Shown here: in pieces, positions 23,839 to 36,955 of the stretch
How the letters are laid out: each line of letters begins with the position of its first letter
Position numbering within the stretch: the stretch's first letter is position 1
Assembly (NCBI RefSeq): GCF_001949145.1
Contig: NW_019091361.1
Coordinates: 1,432,374 to 1,496,373, forward strand
Source: Acanthaster planci
Lineage: Eukaryota
Direction of reading: 5' to 3'
Length of the DNA stretch: 64,000 nucleotides
Made by a program: the position numbers and the translations under genes
The notes under the pieces: generated by a model
What the model saw: only the letters and a program-made list of their open reading frames with translations
What the model was told of the DNA's origin: nothing
The model's database searches: none

Positions 23839-26800
23839 CTACTTCTTTTTTGATATCCATTTTTTCCATATTTGTCGCTTGCTTTGTTTGTGACTTTTAC
23901 CAGGGTCATCTGTGCTCCTGGCTGAGATCTTGGTATCACCTTCAGAAGGGGTGTCAGGAGACCTCCCGGTTGCCCCCTCTGCTGCTGCCTTACTTGGCGG
24001 CTGAGTGGTGCTCTGATCTGACCCGATCTCGGGCGGGGTCGTTGCGGTGATTGTGGCAGAACAAACGGTGCTTTCAAGAGGTAGCTTGAAGCTGCTCCGA
24101 TCGGGGACCATTCGGCTGCGATGAGTAGGTGTATCGAAAATGCTGTCCGCAGGATACCCAGCACCGCCGAAAAGGCGAGGAGGCTTGGTCAGTAACCCCG
24201 CGAGTCGACCTGGGCCAGCTCCAGGCTTCCCGCTGCCGTAGGAGGATGGCTTGATGCTGCCAGCAACCAGGGGAGCTGTCCCCGAAATGATATTGGGCTT
24301 GGTTGTGGTCTGATCTGACGTGATCGTTGATGAGAGATCTGAAGCGATCTTGTGGGTCAACGTGCTTGCTAAAGCACTCTGGGAGCTGATCTGATCATCT
24401 GGGTTAACTTGAGGTCTAGCATCGTCGGTGCTATGAGAAGGCCCCTTCACCATGGCTCCAGTTACTGGTTTGATGAGACGAGTAGCAAACGTGACCTTTT
24501 TTTCGTCACTTCTCTTCCAAGACTCCATGCTCTCTGTCTGCCTGTCGCCACTTGCTCGCTAATAGTCATTAAAAAATAAAGAAAGAATTAATGCTGTAAA
24601 GTTCTAGCGTTGCAATGAAGCACCTATTGGTTTTCTTTCTCTATACAAATGGACCACTTTTCATCACGGAGAAAATTACTTTCCATTCAGGTCGCTTACT
24701 TTAGTTTTGGTTTCCACTTTGTCAGGTTCATCGGTGTTTAAGGCTGGGATCAGGCTCTTGTCAAGTCTGCAAGGAGAGATTTTGGGGTTTCCTGGAGCAC
24801 CCAACTCCGAAGTTGCACGGAAAACCGGTTTGGTGGTGTTCTGAGCCTGTGGCACAGTCGTTTTCACGGGTGGGCTTGCGGCGACTGTGGTCGAAAGCAG
24901 CACGGTGCTTTTAGCAGAGGTCTCGGAGACACCCGGGGTACGGGACATTGTCGCGCACCGAGGAAGGAGCTCAGCTGGAGGAATGCCAGTGATGCTTGAA
25001 GGAGGTGGTCCCCCCAAAACCTTTGACTTCATCAGGTCTGGTTTGCTAGTATCCTGCACTGCGGAAATCGTGGATGATTGAGGCTTTGCGAAGGCCGACG
25101 GCTGAGCTACACTCTCAGCAGGGTTCTTGGAGAAGACTTGATAATGGAGCATTCGGGAGGGATCAGCAGTGGAAAGCTTCACTGAGACCTGGGTAGGGGG
25201 CTTGAGGGTGCTCCCAGCAGAGGTCTTGGGGATAACCAACTCTTGAAGTAGTCGGGTCGTCTCAGTAGAGAGCTTGGCAGTGCTGTCTGGTAGACCTCCA
25301 TCACCAGTAGGACGCTTCAAAGAGACCTGGGTAAGGGGCTTGACGGTACTCCCAGTAGAGGTCTTAGAGATGACCTGGGTTCGGGACACAACTGAGGGCT
25401 TGGCAAGGGTCTTGGCAGTGACATCTGGTGAAAGTCTTTCACTAGACAGCGGCTTCACAGGCACCGGTATAGGCGACTTGACGGTGCTGCCGGCAGAAGT
25501 CTTGGGGACAGCATGATCATCGAGGAGTGCTCGGCAGTTTTGAGCGGGACGGTTGGCAGAGCTTCTTAATGACAGCGTTCCACCAGCAGGAGCCTTTGCG
25601 CTGGTTCGGCTAAGTGGCTTGATGATGATGCGAGGAGGGAGCGTGTCTTTATCCTCAACCTCTGCCTTACTAAATGAGCCCGTCGACCTCTCCTCGACTG
25701 GGCTGCAGTCAGCTGGCTCTGTTATAGAAATAAAGGAATTGGTAATTGACTTGGATCTTGAGACCCAGATTAAAACGGTATATCTCCGTTTCTTCTCCCC
25801 TGAAACGTCCTGGCTACCTCTGTCTACAGTCGCGAGAAGCAGATTGAATTGGGGGTCAAAGAACACGGATCGTATAAACATGGAGGGAGGGAAAGACAGC
25901 TAATAGGCGGCAACACACTGTATAAACTGATTCCAGCACGTAAATTATTGCTATCAGGAAGGCTCGTAAGTGCCACTCATTATTTAGAAAAAACACGGAG
26001 GGCGACTTTTATATCAACTCGCATCATGCTTCTGATGTACATGATTGCACGTAGGCCTATGTGATCACATGCAACTCCAAAATCTGTTGTGAAATTGGTG
26101 TCATTCTAATACCCTTGAATTCTCAAAAAGTGTTAAATTAACACGACAGTTTATGTAGTGGGCTACAATTCGTCCAGAATGTGGTCTCCTACGTTGTCAT
26201 TTGTTTGTAAACTAGGCAAAATTTGTGTACATCTAGCTATACAGCTCCTCAAAGAGCAACATGCGCAAAGGTGTTTTGACTACGGCTGAAACTTAACTGT
26301 TTCTAGAGGCAGGTAGGTTGACCGTCAGCCCAGCATTATTCAAGATTTCCGTCGGTGCTTGGAGAGCGCGCCTGTACATCCTGGTCACCAGGCCAACTTC
26401 ATCCGGCTGTTTCCTGGCAACCACGTCTTGTTGGCCCTCCTTGCTAGCGCGAAGGAGCTTGACGGTTCGAGCAGAGGGCGCCCTGCCGCGCAAAGACTGC
26501 AGCCAGTTGCAAAGCTTCCTGAGGAGTTTAACCTAAAAACAAAATAACACGTTGTGTGTGAGTTCCTCCACAACACCGACTTGGTCCCAAATTGAGTTGT
26601 GAAATTAACAGGAAATCGTTTTGTTAACGAGTGGGGAAATGGAAACAAAACTTTCATATTCTGCTTGAATAAAAATAGATATAGGTACCCGAGTCCCAGA
26701 CACGTCGTGTTCTGGTAAATATTTCTCAGTGGTTTTCCGTTCATGAATGTAGAGATTTTACAAAGAATTCTAATCAATAGTTAGCAACCTCTGATTCAAA

Positions 26801-29590
26801 GGTTTTCAAGATTCAAAATTGCTGCTAACTTCTTATAAATTTGACCTACTGATTTAAAACAGCAACACTTTCAAAATGTTAATAACCCTTATCATTCTAA
26901 TGATCCAAATGATACTCACTGCAACTTGAGCAGCTTGAATCAGATGGGTTTCATTCCCTAGTAAAGCAACCTCAGTCGTCCTGTCAGACTGTTGATAAAA
27001 TAACATTCCACGACTACTCATAACAAAACAAAGCCAGCTGCCCGTCGATTTGTTTATGTCATGTGGTCATTCTCTGCAGTAAAACCCCGTGTTATCAGGG
27101 GACCTTGCCAACGCTTTTCACTGGTGTTTAAACTTTGGTGTTTGTTTCAACACTGTTAATGTTACTTTTAACACCTCCAGAGCATTGTAACACTTGTAAG
27201 TGTACAAAGTAACACCAGGGGTGTTAACGTGTCATCTGATAATAAGTGTTGTTTTTAACATCAGAGTTTTTGCAGTGTTGTTATTTTGGTGGAATTAATG
27301 ATATAGAATATGGACTTTTTTCTTTTGAAACCCAGTGGTTATTTTCCTCTTAACATGTCTTTAGTGAAAATATTTTGGGTTTTCGCTTTAAGGACTGTTT
27401 TTGGATTATTTGCCTTTACAGTTTCATGCGGTCGGATCGAAATTTAGGTTTGAGGATAAAATTTTAGCCATTTTGTTTGAACCGAATAAATCACGAGGAC
27501 AAATACAATGTAAGTGGCATGTATAGAGAGAGTGTATTTTAATATAATTACATTGTATATAGGGATAAAGCCGTTGTATAAGTTGAGCGTGGCATCTCGG
27601 ATGTTGTAGCATGAAAAGAGACCAGAAGCGAGTGGCGATGCCGTAAGCCACTAGAAATTTGCATCCAAGTTGTCATGCGTACCTTCACTGAAAGCTAAAA
27701 AGCTAGTACTAAGTAGGCCTACATGTAGTAGCGCGACACACATGACGCGTTTACGGGTGCATGTACATTTTACGGGGCAAGCTTTTGCATAGCAACCGCC
27801 ATCTTTGGAATCATGGAGCTGGAATGGACTGGTTCTTTTGTGCTCTTCTTATCTACTGAAAACAGTGTACTGGTGCACGGTGTCTCTTACGTAACCAAGC
27901 AAAAGCCTGCCCTACATCCATAAAGCATGAGGTAGAGGTATAGCAACATTGTCTTTAGTATATGGTGAATTTGAACTGTTATGTTCGTGTGAATGTAGGC
28001 CTAAAGATAGTATGCTAGATTTTATTCAAAAGGCATATTATACCTGATCCCGTTTCCCCGCCCTTTCCACTGCTCCACGGTCACTTTCCTTGCCCTCGGG
28101 CCCCTTTTGAATCTGACCGAGATCTGGCCCTCCAGCTGCTACATTCCCTCGGCTAATGACGGCTTCGATCACATCAGCGGCCAGCTGGACCGTCTTCTCC
28201 AGCAAAAAGACGGTCAGTACTAGTCCCGGCAGGGAACGCACGACGAGTTCGGTAGTCCTCCTGAGAAACTGAGTTCGGTATATGGAGAACAAACATCATT
28301 GCATTACACACGCTTTCCGGCCTAGAAACCTGAAATCATGTTTTAGAATAGTCAGAGCCTCTGGCGGCGGCTTTACGTTATAATCCCTCTAGCTCTTCAT
28401 AATCAGTAGTTTCATCTAGGAAGGGTGGGGTATTCCATCCGCCGTGGTTTGCACTGGGGCTCAGTTACACCCTATGGCCAAAGCCTAAGGTTAGGAAGAG
28501 ATTGTCATCCTATGGGTCAGTCAGGGTAATTGTCCAGTGGTAGCGGGTTCACAGTCCTCTCTGAAGTTGCAAAACAAAAGCCGATTGGCGTTTTTATTAG
28601 GTCTGCATTCGATTACGACTGGTTTGTGGCCAGTTTATCACACCATGTTCGATTTGTTAGACTGAGACCCAATCCTTCCCCACGGTCCATAACCCTAATA
28701 GCTCACACTCTAGAAATATTGTTGTACCAATAATTTATCTCAATGTTTAAAAAAAAATTGCCCAATTATGAGATGCTATAGGTGGACAATTTCCCTTGAG
28801 CATGGCCATGGCCGTGTACACACGTACGTAGCAAGCACCATTAAAATTAATGGAGTGGCTGAGGTGACTCGCACCAGCTCAGGTAGTTTAATTTCTGAAT
28901 GGAGTACTCTTCGATCTTTTCAACAACACGTTCCATGAATTGGAGACTCGAGGCTGAAGTGCAGCAGAGTTATCAGGAAAGAATTAAGTATACAGACGCC
29001 ACTGATTTTTCCCTGCGGTGACCCATTAGCCACCTAAAAGCAAGAACGTCCCAGAAAGATAATATTAGCAGGGCAAATATCGGAGAGCCAACTTTTCACA
29101 CCAGTCTCATATATAGGGTTTGTGCACATGATGTCAAGTGGCGTCCGTACATGGAATTTCTTCCCGAATATGACCGTTGTGAAAGTTCGTCTCCTTTTCC
29201 CTATAAACTGGGCAGAAATCCTAAACGCCCTTAAACTGCACTAAGTGTTGCACTAAAGGTTATTCTGCAAATCTTGTGGGAATGAAAGTTTTGGAAGATT
29301 CTGGAAATATTACCGACGGTGAGCCCATAATGGTAGTCAGCAGTTTGTAGACCAGACTGAGCAATCCACGGAGACCTTCTCAATCAAATCTTCTTGTCAG
29401 CTGCAGCGCACGGCCTCGTGAATAAAAGTTACAGGGAACTGGCGGAATCATGCAGTAAGGCTGGCTACTGGAGATGCCAATGACGTCCTGCAGCGTTCTA
29501 CTGCGGTCACTGACCTAGCCCAACGAACTATGGGGTTAGTTTACCAAGTTCTAGCTTGATTTTCCCACCTCTCTTCGGCTGAACCATCAT
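23839..29590 (-). CDS. Uncharacterised protein, paralog B (~794 aa): helical N-terminal region and long basic Ser/Thr/Pro/Lys-rich tail
   Basis: Exons 29545-29590, 28875-28953, 28044-28260, 26920-26988, 26298-26532, 24700-25718, 23839-24558. Introns are GT-AG with consistent phase (2385 nt). Four exons align with paralog A (FLLEKTxQxAADxIEAV; LIxAAQxA; KLLRxLxNWLQSL...VVARK; DCSPVxExST). The first two exons are less certain. Confidence 0.7.
25100..25600 (-). repeat. Imperfect internal coding repeats in paralog B
   Basis: PKTSAGSTVKSP, SKTSTGSTVKP, PKTSAGSTLKP and SKNPAESVAQP recur roughly every 40-45 aa. Confidence 0.75.
27072..27277. mobile_element. MITE-like element, copy 2 (same family as 2537-2760), degenerate left end
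   Basis: Colinear similarity to copy 1 (gtgttatcag, ttttcac.ggtgtt, caaagtaacacc, gtttttgcagtg terminus). Confidence 0.65.
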
Positions 29591-30682
29591 TTATACACAC
29601 CTATGTAACAGTACTATCTGGTACATAATACTTATAACTATAAAAATGTCCCATTAAACACTTTTCTGTAGTAGCTTCTCTTAGAATTTAAGAGGACAAT
29701 TTGGCAGGGCCCTCGTTCTCTTGAATGTGCCCTTTCTTCTTGATCAAGTTGTTTAACACAGTGTTTTGACGCATGTCAATAATAGTATTGGTTCAAGGGT
29801 CGGCGATGTCTCAATAACAGTGGTGAGGATTGAAAACCACAGTGTTACTGGTATTCTTTTACGAAGTATCGCCTATGGTTGTCTAGAATTCACGACCAAA
29901 GACCGGCTATTTATTTTCATTTTGACGGCAAGTTACAATAATAAACTACACGGACACAAAAGAGTAAACAATCAGAAAAAAAATTGTGCCATTGGCTACT
30001 TTATTCCAAGAACACACTTTCCTTTTATTCAGTCGAATAGCGGCTTCCCGTGGATGTTAGCAAAATGCCAGCAACTTTAAGATCGAGTAAATGCAAACGC
30101 ATTCCTCTTTACCTAGCACTGTTCAACTGTCAGTACCATCAGGTCAATGACTGATATCGGGTCATATCTGTCATCGGGTTTTTTGCATTTAAATGTCAAG
30201 TGAATAGCCTACAAACCTGATGAGCCATAAATGATCGGAGGAGTTTGTAATGGGACTAAGAATTCAGAATTAGAAGAAAAGTTAAAAGCATTACCCTTTC
30301 CTGTTCCTCTTATTTTGTCATTCTTTCTATCTTTTATCCTCACTTCCTACAATTTGGCTCATTGCCTTTCCTTGTCGAGTCCAGTGTTTCCACAATTATG
30401 TCTCGTTAAATAATTTCAAATTTCATCGATCAGATAACTTACAGTCCTTCATAATTTCTCAACGGACGATTAAATACAGAACTGCACCATCTGCATAATT
30501 ATGCACTCGTGCAGGAGAAACAAATTGTAAGAATTCAGTTCTGAGGTTACTTTACTCTCTCAATTTTTTTTGTAAAGACTAACTGAATATTTTAGCACTT
30601 AATTATTTCTTGGTTGAAACAAAGATACGGCCTGTATTTTCATCTTTTGAAGTTCCATCACGGATTGATACTTCGACTTTCC

Positions 30683-33600
30683 TTACGGGGTTCGGGCTGA
30701 CACGGGCAAGTTCTTCTTTGCTGGGCCGAGTTGGGGGAAGCTTTTTGCCTCCTCCCCATTCAGATTGCTCGCTTTTGTTTTACTGGACGGGTCCTGGGTA
30801 GGTGGCTCCGCGGAAGCCTCAAATGCAGGTTCCTTGGTGTCGAGACCTGCGGTAGTCTCGGGCGTTGAGTTTGCGGCGATCTTGCCGTCAGCGAGGGTTT
30901 CGGAACTTCTCGGGTCCAGGACCATTCGGGCGGTCTGTGAGGGGGTCTGGGAAGTCACGGTGCTGCCCGCTTTCGCAGCAGACCGGGTAAATGGCATGTC
31001 GGTGCGGTAATTGGGGAGCGTGTCCTCGGGGTGTTCCTCCTCACTCTGCCCGGACTCCTCGCTCTCTGTCTCCCCTTCCTTATACTCCTCCGAGTCGGTA
31101 CTCAGCTCCTCCTCACGCGGTGGCTGATGACAAAAGATCGAGGTTTTTTTCAACATGCTTGGAGTAAGTTTGTTGCAATATACAGCCCTTTATTTTTCTG
31201 CTATGCTAAAGTTTGGCATAAACTTCAAATCTTGTGCCTCGGCTCATTCCAGTGACAAATAATCCTAAACAGGATGGGTCGTCATGATTTTGAGAACAGT
31301 ATCCCATGACAACGCTTAGACAAACAATAACATACCGCTGTTTTTACTGCTCTTTCGATCCTCAATACGTGGGGATCAATAGCGTTAATGCTACTGTAGT
31401 AGCACTGGTATTGTGCACCTATATTCTTGTGAGTTGTATTCTCGTTATAATACGATGCTGCTTCCAGAAGGCAAGCACACTTTGTACACACCACGACAAA
31501 GCATAAAGCTGAAAGGGAATCACGCTTATGAAATAGAAAAAAATAACGTAAGACTAGGAACGCGTCTAATTCCCCAACCCGCATGAATTACGAGGGCGCT
31601 ATTTCTCCATGCTGAGATCTTCGAGCAGGGTTTGCGTGCCGCTATGGGTAAGGCAACAATGGCCACCGGAAGGGGCGGGGTTGTTCCTGCAATCCAACCT
31701 TGTAATCCTCATCATCTTGTGAATCATAGCTCTTCTCCAGCTGCTCCAGGGTTCCCAGTTCGTCCTCATCGTCTTCTGCTTCCTCATCACTCTCTTCAAA
31801 CTCCTTCCGCTTGCGAGGAGACAGGGTGGACATCTCCTTGACAGGGCTACAGTCAATAGACTCTGCGAGAACAAAAGTCAAAACTCAATGCTATTAAAAT
31901 CCTCTGTACCTCGTGATCGAATTTTACCAGCAGGCTTTACAAACAAAGAGCAGTTGCAACATAACAAATACAGAATCTTGCAGCAACCCCAAACAACATA
32001 TCGGAAGAGAACGAACTTGTAACAACACGTAACAAATCAGATCGAGCCTCAACCACACGTGTGTGGTAATAAAAGTACAATGAAGCAGGAATTGCAATTT
32101 GCACGTAAGTGTATAGATTGAACAATTTAACGTGTATACCAGACACTCTCTGAGTAAAGCTTTAATGCCCTACTTAAGGCTGTTGATGAAAATATATGTG
32201 TGGTCAAACCCTCTACCTTGCGTGGTATGGGAGTATGGACAGTGCAAATCTTGAGCAATCTAATGTGCTCTGATCGTCTATTCTGCAGACTTTTTTGTCT
32301 TGGGAGAGAGAAATGTAAGGTGTACCGCACGACCGTGCAAATCTTCAAGTCTTCACTTGTCTCAATTGGTAACGGGCAGTCATTCCGAATGAACTAGCAA
32401 AGAACCTCTCGTCACATCGCAAAACGAATTCACCTCTAATGCTTCATTAATTAAACAGCTAGCATCAAGAACGTTCAAAAGTTAGTCATGCATGCAGTCC
32501 CCAGTCCTCAGATTTTAGTACAATTGTCGTTGTTGATGTTTTCAAATCCCGTTATATTAAATCGCGATCCTAAGGATTTCCTGCATGACTGTCCAACGCA
32601 GAAAGGCCAAGAACTTACTGTCTCCGGAGACATGAAGAGTCCCCTTGGCCTGCTCCAGGAAGCTCGCTCTCACCCCGATCGAATCCAGGGTATCCGTCAA
32701 GGCATAGAGGGCGCCCCGGAACACTCTGGTAGCCAAGCCCAGCTCCTCCACCCGTTTCCTGGCAACCACATATCGTCGGTCCTCTGCGACTGCACTGGGC
32801 GATTCGGTGCATATAGGGGGATCCTGGCCGGGCAGAGACTGCAGCCAGTTTTGAAGATTTCGAAGAAGTTTCGCCTCGAACGTAAAAGGGGGGAAAATGT
32901 TGGCAAAGGATAAAACACCTCATCCCAAAAGGGGAAGAGTAGCAAAGTGTGGTTTCTATAATGACTCGATTGGCCCAGAGGCAGTACAACATAATTACAT
33001 GGATACCTGCATTCTGGCATCGTGGCTTCATTCTTCAGTCTACAGGTTCACTTTTAAAAGAGCATGAAAGTTGCAGTTATAATTAAATCTGTAAAATCGA
33101 GTCTCTCTGTCAGCACTAATTCGGGGGCACTGATAAATCACACTCATTCAAAACGTGTTGTCTGTTGAAAAGAATATACTGCGCCTTTACCAGTACACTC
33201 GACGGATACAAACTTACAATACTCACTGCTGTTTGAGCGGCCCGAATAAGACATCCTACATTTTCCCTTGAAGCAGTGTCGGATGTATTTCCAGGCTGGA
33301 AATTAAACCAAAAAAATAGTAAAATGATGATCCCCCCCAAAAAATAAGACAGTTTACGTTATAAAAAACTTCTGCTTTGGGGTTTCGATTATGGAGGGGA
33401 TGTGGTGTGTCAGTCATTGTGCCAACTGACAATGCTGTCTCTATACACACCGTTTTCAACATCTACAATCGTTGGAATTCTGCTGGTGGAAATGTCTTCG
33501 AGTTTACCATAAACTCACATTAACCTGAAGTGAAGTTTTTTTAGCATGTTCTCAAATAAACGGCTAAACAAAATGTGGCCTTTGCAAATTTATAAAGTCA

Positions 33601-34664
33601 AACATTTCAATATGACGGAATGTATATATTTTGCCGGCCAATGTCTAACCTTCAACATGATGTACAAAGTTTTCCCAACACATTTATAATTGTGAAACGA
33701 CACATCGCAGCAACTTGTTCAAAGGTGAAAAAAAGTGGTTGAGTGGCACGAACTATGTAAAAAGAGTGTATAAATATGAGGCTGGGTACCAGATATTCCG
33801 TAACAAGTACATGTATACTGTGCTATGCCAAACTGGTATTGGCTGCATGCACTGTGTAACTGACTACAGTATTTTAAAGAGCACTTCTAAGGAAACATGT
33901 TTTCTCTGATTTTATCTGTTCAAATAAAGAGGGAAGCATCCAAATCGAACGCAGTGTCACTTGTCTTCAGAGCATGCATGTGTGTTTGGCATGCACAAGG
34001 GGGTTTATCCACTACGAACACAGGGCGAAGGTTCCCTCGTTTTCTCCGAATGACGCAATTTATACATTCAGAATTCGCATGTTGTCATGAACAGAAAAAA
34101 CCCTTTGAAGCTTGTTATAGTTGAGCTCTGAAGGCAAATGACCCTGTTTTCGATTTGGATGCTTCCATATTTTTTGAATAGATAAAATCAGAGAAAACGT
34201 TTTCCTTAGAGGTGCTCTTGGATACTGTATGACTATGTCTGGCACGAGTTCCATATACGGACGCTGCTTGATAGCCCGTGCACAAACCCCATGAGTCTGG
34301 TCTCAAAAATTATGTTTTCTAAGTTAACGACTTGGTTTTTTCCTTCCTAAATTGAACTCTTCTGGACATGATTTTGCTTTCTGTAGGAAAATAATTACTG
34401 GCGTCCGTATATGGAACTCTTCCCCTATGTCCTTTTTAATAAATCGTTTACCTCGGCTACTTTTCCCGCCACCGCTGCACCTTCAGGCTCACTTTTCTCG
34501 TCTCTCTGGGCCTGCTCGTTGCTGCTCGTGACTGGACCGACCTGTGACGCAATCTCAAAGCCGAAGACAGCTTCGATACCATCGGCGGCAACCTGGGCTG
34601 TCTTTTCCAGCAAAAAGATGGCAAACTTTGCAGGCGGGGAGTGCAAGACTTGTCTTGTCAAAAA
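30683..34664 (-). CDS. Uncharacterised protein, paralog A (5' end not located): helical region, then SPRKRK and an acidic tract
   Basis: Exons 34452-34664, 33227-33295, 32619-32874 (unusual GAG acceptor), 31699-31862, 30683-31123, all phase-consistent. The 69-nt exon has the same length and phase as in paralog B. The spliced product reads ...EEAEDDEDELGTLEQLEKSYDSQDDEDYKPPREEELSTDSEEY... Confidence 0.68.
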
Positions 34665-36955
34665 CTAGGATTTAATGAGAAACGAAAGCAAATCCCTAAA
34701 TATCCCTCCAAAGTTCAGTCCGATTTGTCTTGGTGCACTTAGTATGATTTACCCAATTTTCAAGTTGCAGTACAAGGGACTGCACAGAATTTTTTTTTCC
34801 CGAGCAAGTCAATTTGGGTAAATTCTTCCCCAGTATGTAACACCACTACTGAGGATTCCCCGTCTTACTGGGGGACATGAAAGAAAAACTCTGTGCCATA
34901 AATCTTCATTTCTGACATGGGGGAATGGAAAATAATTAATGTCTAATCAAATAAGTGATTGTGTTTAAAACTATCCAAAATATGGCACAACTTCTTGCTT
35001 ATTCAGTGAAAAATGCGTCAGAAAATTGAGTACATGTGTACACACTTAAAACAACTGTATGTGCAAAGGACATCATGCTCCACCCTCTTTTTCGTCCTCT
35101 TGGAACAGGTTTTGTCTCTTCTGAACACAAGTGGAAGACTTTTATTTTAGAACTGTTCTTCTCCTAGCATAGCGGGGTTAGTATAATCTTTCCGACATTG
35201 CGATTTTGTGAAGGCATAATTTTTATTGAATCAATCCCAACAGCTGATACGTATATTTTAGGATATACTTCACATGCAGTCTAAAACAGAAAAGCACATC
35301 TTTCAGAGGTCTATTTCTTCATCTTGTCCATATTAAATGCCTGATAATCTTACCGAAAGGGAGCCCATGGCGGATGGTGTTGCTTTATGCTACCATTTGC
35401 AAAGATCATTTACTGCAAAAAAGCACATCAGCTGTACATCGGTCAACGTTAACACGACCCCCAGTGTCACCAGCAGCATAAGCAGTGCTTGTCCTGGCGG
35501 GAAATTCGACGTGCAATGTGCACTACACGCGAAGTGCGTCAAACCGTGCGGCCAGATGCTGGTGACGTAATCATTTGTTATTTAAATACTGTATTAGATT
35601 CAGTCTTTTTAATCCGTCAAGCTTTGCACTCCGAGTTAGAGAGAGTTGGGACAAATGCCGGGAACATATGCACTGTGTGCAAACATATCGGTACGTCGGC
35701 TTTATTTGTTTCCTTTATTGGAAGCTAGCTAGAGGGTATGACTTGCCGTGACCTCGTTGAAAGAATTCCAAAAACAATTAATTCAAATGAAATTAATAAA
35801 TCTACTGGTAACTCACAATAACTACTCAATGTTGAAAAAAATTAGTCAATTAGCTTTTTCTTTTTAAAAGAATTTACAAGCTGAACGATAGTTGATTATG
35901 ACTGTTTAAATTGATTGAATTTCCAAATTTATTATTTATTAGTGGTCCTAAATCTTGATGGTGCCTGTGCGTTTTTGTAAAATTAATGTAAATGCCAACA
36001 GTAATCTCAAATCCAACGAGTTTGCTGTTCGAAATAAAGTATTTGGTTTAAAACAGCATTTGATACAGATTTAAAAAAAATAGATACAAGCATAACAAGA
36101 CAGAGAGTGTACTGAAACGTACAACTTACATCTCCATCAGCAGACTTCTTCATGCAGTAGCAAATATCTTGGTTTCTGGGTCCACAGTTGGAAGTTAATT
36201 TTCATTCGTTAGTGGAAGGTAATAGTGCTGTTTGATCTCAATTTCATACCCTTAAAATGACAGCATTGCCCCATCCCCCACCAAAGCATTGCACTTCTTC
36301 CCTTTGAAGCGACGGTGGTCCAAGATTAAAGATTGCAAACGAACCCGTGTAGGCCTATTTATGAAAGCCGTGGCACTTCCTATCCCGTAACGGGGCTTGT
36401 ACATTTTATTGTTTGCCAGTCATCATAATTGCTCTACGCCATGAAGTTTTAACAAGGGGCGCAAATTGCCGGATATGCAAAAGCTCCCCATGTACATGTA
36501 ACACTTTGTTTCCGGGCAGAAGTGCCTTAGGATCATCACTAACTTCTGTGTATTTCTGTACCGAGCGAAAGTGAGACTGGTGCCATCAAAGTAACAGATA
36601 GGACACGACTTGCGTTTCTGTTTTTAGCAGATTACACGCTTAACTATCGACTTTGCTGATTTCCTAATCACCTTCCGTTTGTGGACCCCAAACCAAGGCC
36701 TTGACTGAAAATGTTTAAATATGCACTAAAGTGCACGTGCAAATATAAATTTTAGTGCACAAAAGAAAGCCTTGAGCAGGCACAAGGTTTTAAATACTTT
36801 GTTACTAAAATGTTACTAGAAGGATAAATGCACGACGATGAATCGATTCCTCTGAGTGACAAAATCTCCGGTCGTATCGTTTTGCCTTCCTCCATGGTCT
36901 TGCCTTGATTTTGTCAGGTTACATCTCGCCTTATCACGTCTCAATCCGAGCATGT

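Noticed and set aside
32217..32299. Candidate extra exon in paralog A
   Set aside because: It would be phase 1 to 2 and break the frame, and the flanking exons join directly as in paralog B.
34900..35140. Candidate upstream exon of paralog A (ETKPVPRGRKRGWSMM...)
   Set aside because: There is no convincing donor or similarity to paralog B's first exons, so the 5' end is left unresolved.
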